DNA of 61,933 bases, filler included. It is 7 parts of 7 records of this genome, joined end to end, with 100 filler letters (N's around TTAATTAATTAA, not from the genome) between each part and the next. Parts side by side here need not be neighbours in the genome. Positions count along the whole stretch, not along the records: positions 56,857 to 61,933 come from SRR31156797_53470; 6 more parts are not named here. One strand, written 5' to 3'. The notes below the pieces were generated by a model, which was not told where the DNA came from, made no database searches, and worked only from the letters and a program-made list of their open reading frames with translations. The position numbers and the translations under genes are program-made. Below are positions 61,259 to 61,933 of the stretch, piece after piece (the stretch's first letter is position 1; every line of letters starts with the position of its first letter).

Positions 61259-61933
61259 CTAATCGAGGATCCGGACGGCTCCCATATCCGCAGAAGCTGC
61301 GAAACGGGCATAGGCCCGAAGGGCAGTGGATACATGCCTCTCCCTGGACTTCGGCGTAAAGGCAGCCTCCCCCCTCGCCTCCTGGACTTTTCTTCTTTCA
61401 TTCAGAACAGCCTCATCCACCAGAACATTGAGCTTACGATTGGGAATATCAATTTCAATCTCATCGCCCTCTTCTACCAGACCGATTTCACCTCCCGAAG
61501 CCGCCTCGGGAGAGACATGGCCGATGGAAAGTCCGGAGGTTCCTCCTGAAAACCTGCCGTCGGTAAGAAGGGCACACTCCTTCCCCAACCCCATGGACTT
61601 CAGATAGGAGGTGGGATAAAGCATCTCCTGCATTCCCGGTCCCCCTTTGGGACCTTCGTAGCGAATAACAACGACATCCCCTGATTTTACTTTTTCCCCA
61701 AGAATTCCTTCACAGGCATCTTCCTGCGATTCGAACACTCTGGCCTGCCCTTTGAAGACAAAGATTGAGGGATCCACGCCGGCGGTCTTTACAATACTGC
61801 CGCGTCTGGAAATATTTCCGAAAAGAACGGCAAGTCCGCCATCGGCGTAATAGCAGTTTTCAATATCCCGTATGCAGCCGCCGGCCCGATCCGAATCCAG
61901 GCTGTCATAACGATTTGCCTGGGAACCGAGAAC
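61259..61933 (-). CDS. ilvD: Dihydroxy-acid dehydratase, C-terminal part (truncated by window end)
   Basis: The frame is open to 61933: [49 protein letters not shown]. Confidence 0.97.
   Translation of the reverse strand, partial: VLGSQANRYDSLDSDRAGGCIRDIENCYYADGGLAVLFGNISRRGSIVKTAGVDPSIFVFKGQARVFESQEDACEGILGEKVKSGDVVVIRYEGPKGGPGMQEMLYPTSYLKSMGLGKECALLTDGRFSGGTSGLSIGHVSPEAASGGEIGLVEEGDEIEIDIPNRKLNVLVDEAVLNERRKVQEARGEAAFTPKSRERHVSTALRAYARFAASADMGAVRILD

Overview
This window is not one contiguous locus. It is seven unrelated contig fragments joined by six identical 100-bp artificial spacers (44 N + TTAATTAATTAA + 44 N), so gene context must not be read across the spacers. (1) 1-9585: a GC-rich, Desulfobacterota-like operon for acyl-CoA catabolism, with two acyl-CoA dehydrogenases, two acyl-CoA ligases, TRAP DctQ/DctM, a CaiB-type CoA-transferase, a thiolase and a 3-hydroxyacyl-CoA dehydrogenase. 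(2) 9686-22270: a Desulfovibrionaceae-like region, dnaE-patatin-MazG-like-queD-dtd-GGDEF-two glycosyltransferases-fliK-flgD-flgE, with a sigma54-like promoter before fliK. (3) 22371-31853: the Vibrio-like tuf-secE-nusG-rplKAJL-rpoBC cluster with its classical leaders and attenuator. (4) 31954-43525: an AT-rich diderm fragment with a CheB-like methylesterase, REC-GGDEF, a stand-alone thioester alpha-2-macroglobulin, a sensor-PAS-HD-GYP protein, a Cof hydrolase and a DUF429-like protein. (5) 43626-49466: a Desulfobacterota-like GntR-controlled locus with a family-5 solute-binding protein, an M29/NicX-like metalloenzyme with atypical ligands, three TTGTATACA(A) operator candidates, and pepD. (6) 49567-56756: an Arcobacter-like fragment with cysS, an MFS transporter, an Fe(III) ABC transporter with two tandem binding proteins and Fur-like boxes, and rpsR. 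(7) 56857-61933: a possibly spirochaete-like fragment with lon, a CapA-family protein, a short YD-repeat protein, a U32 protein, an unlisted 46-aa ORF and ilvD. I found no CRISPR array, tRNA/rRNA, transposase, prophage or recognisable defence system. The best leads are the M29/NicX-like locus with its operators, the orphan alpha-2-macroglobulin, the TRAP-linked beta-oxidation operon of unknown substrate, and the short YD-repeat protein. Taxonomic labels are inferred from protein similarity and base composition by eye; no database was searched.
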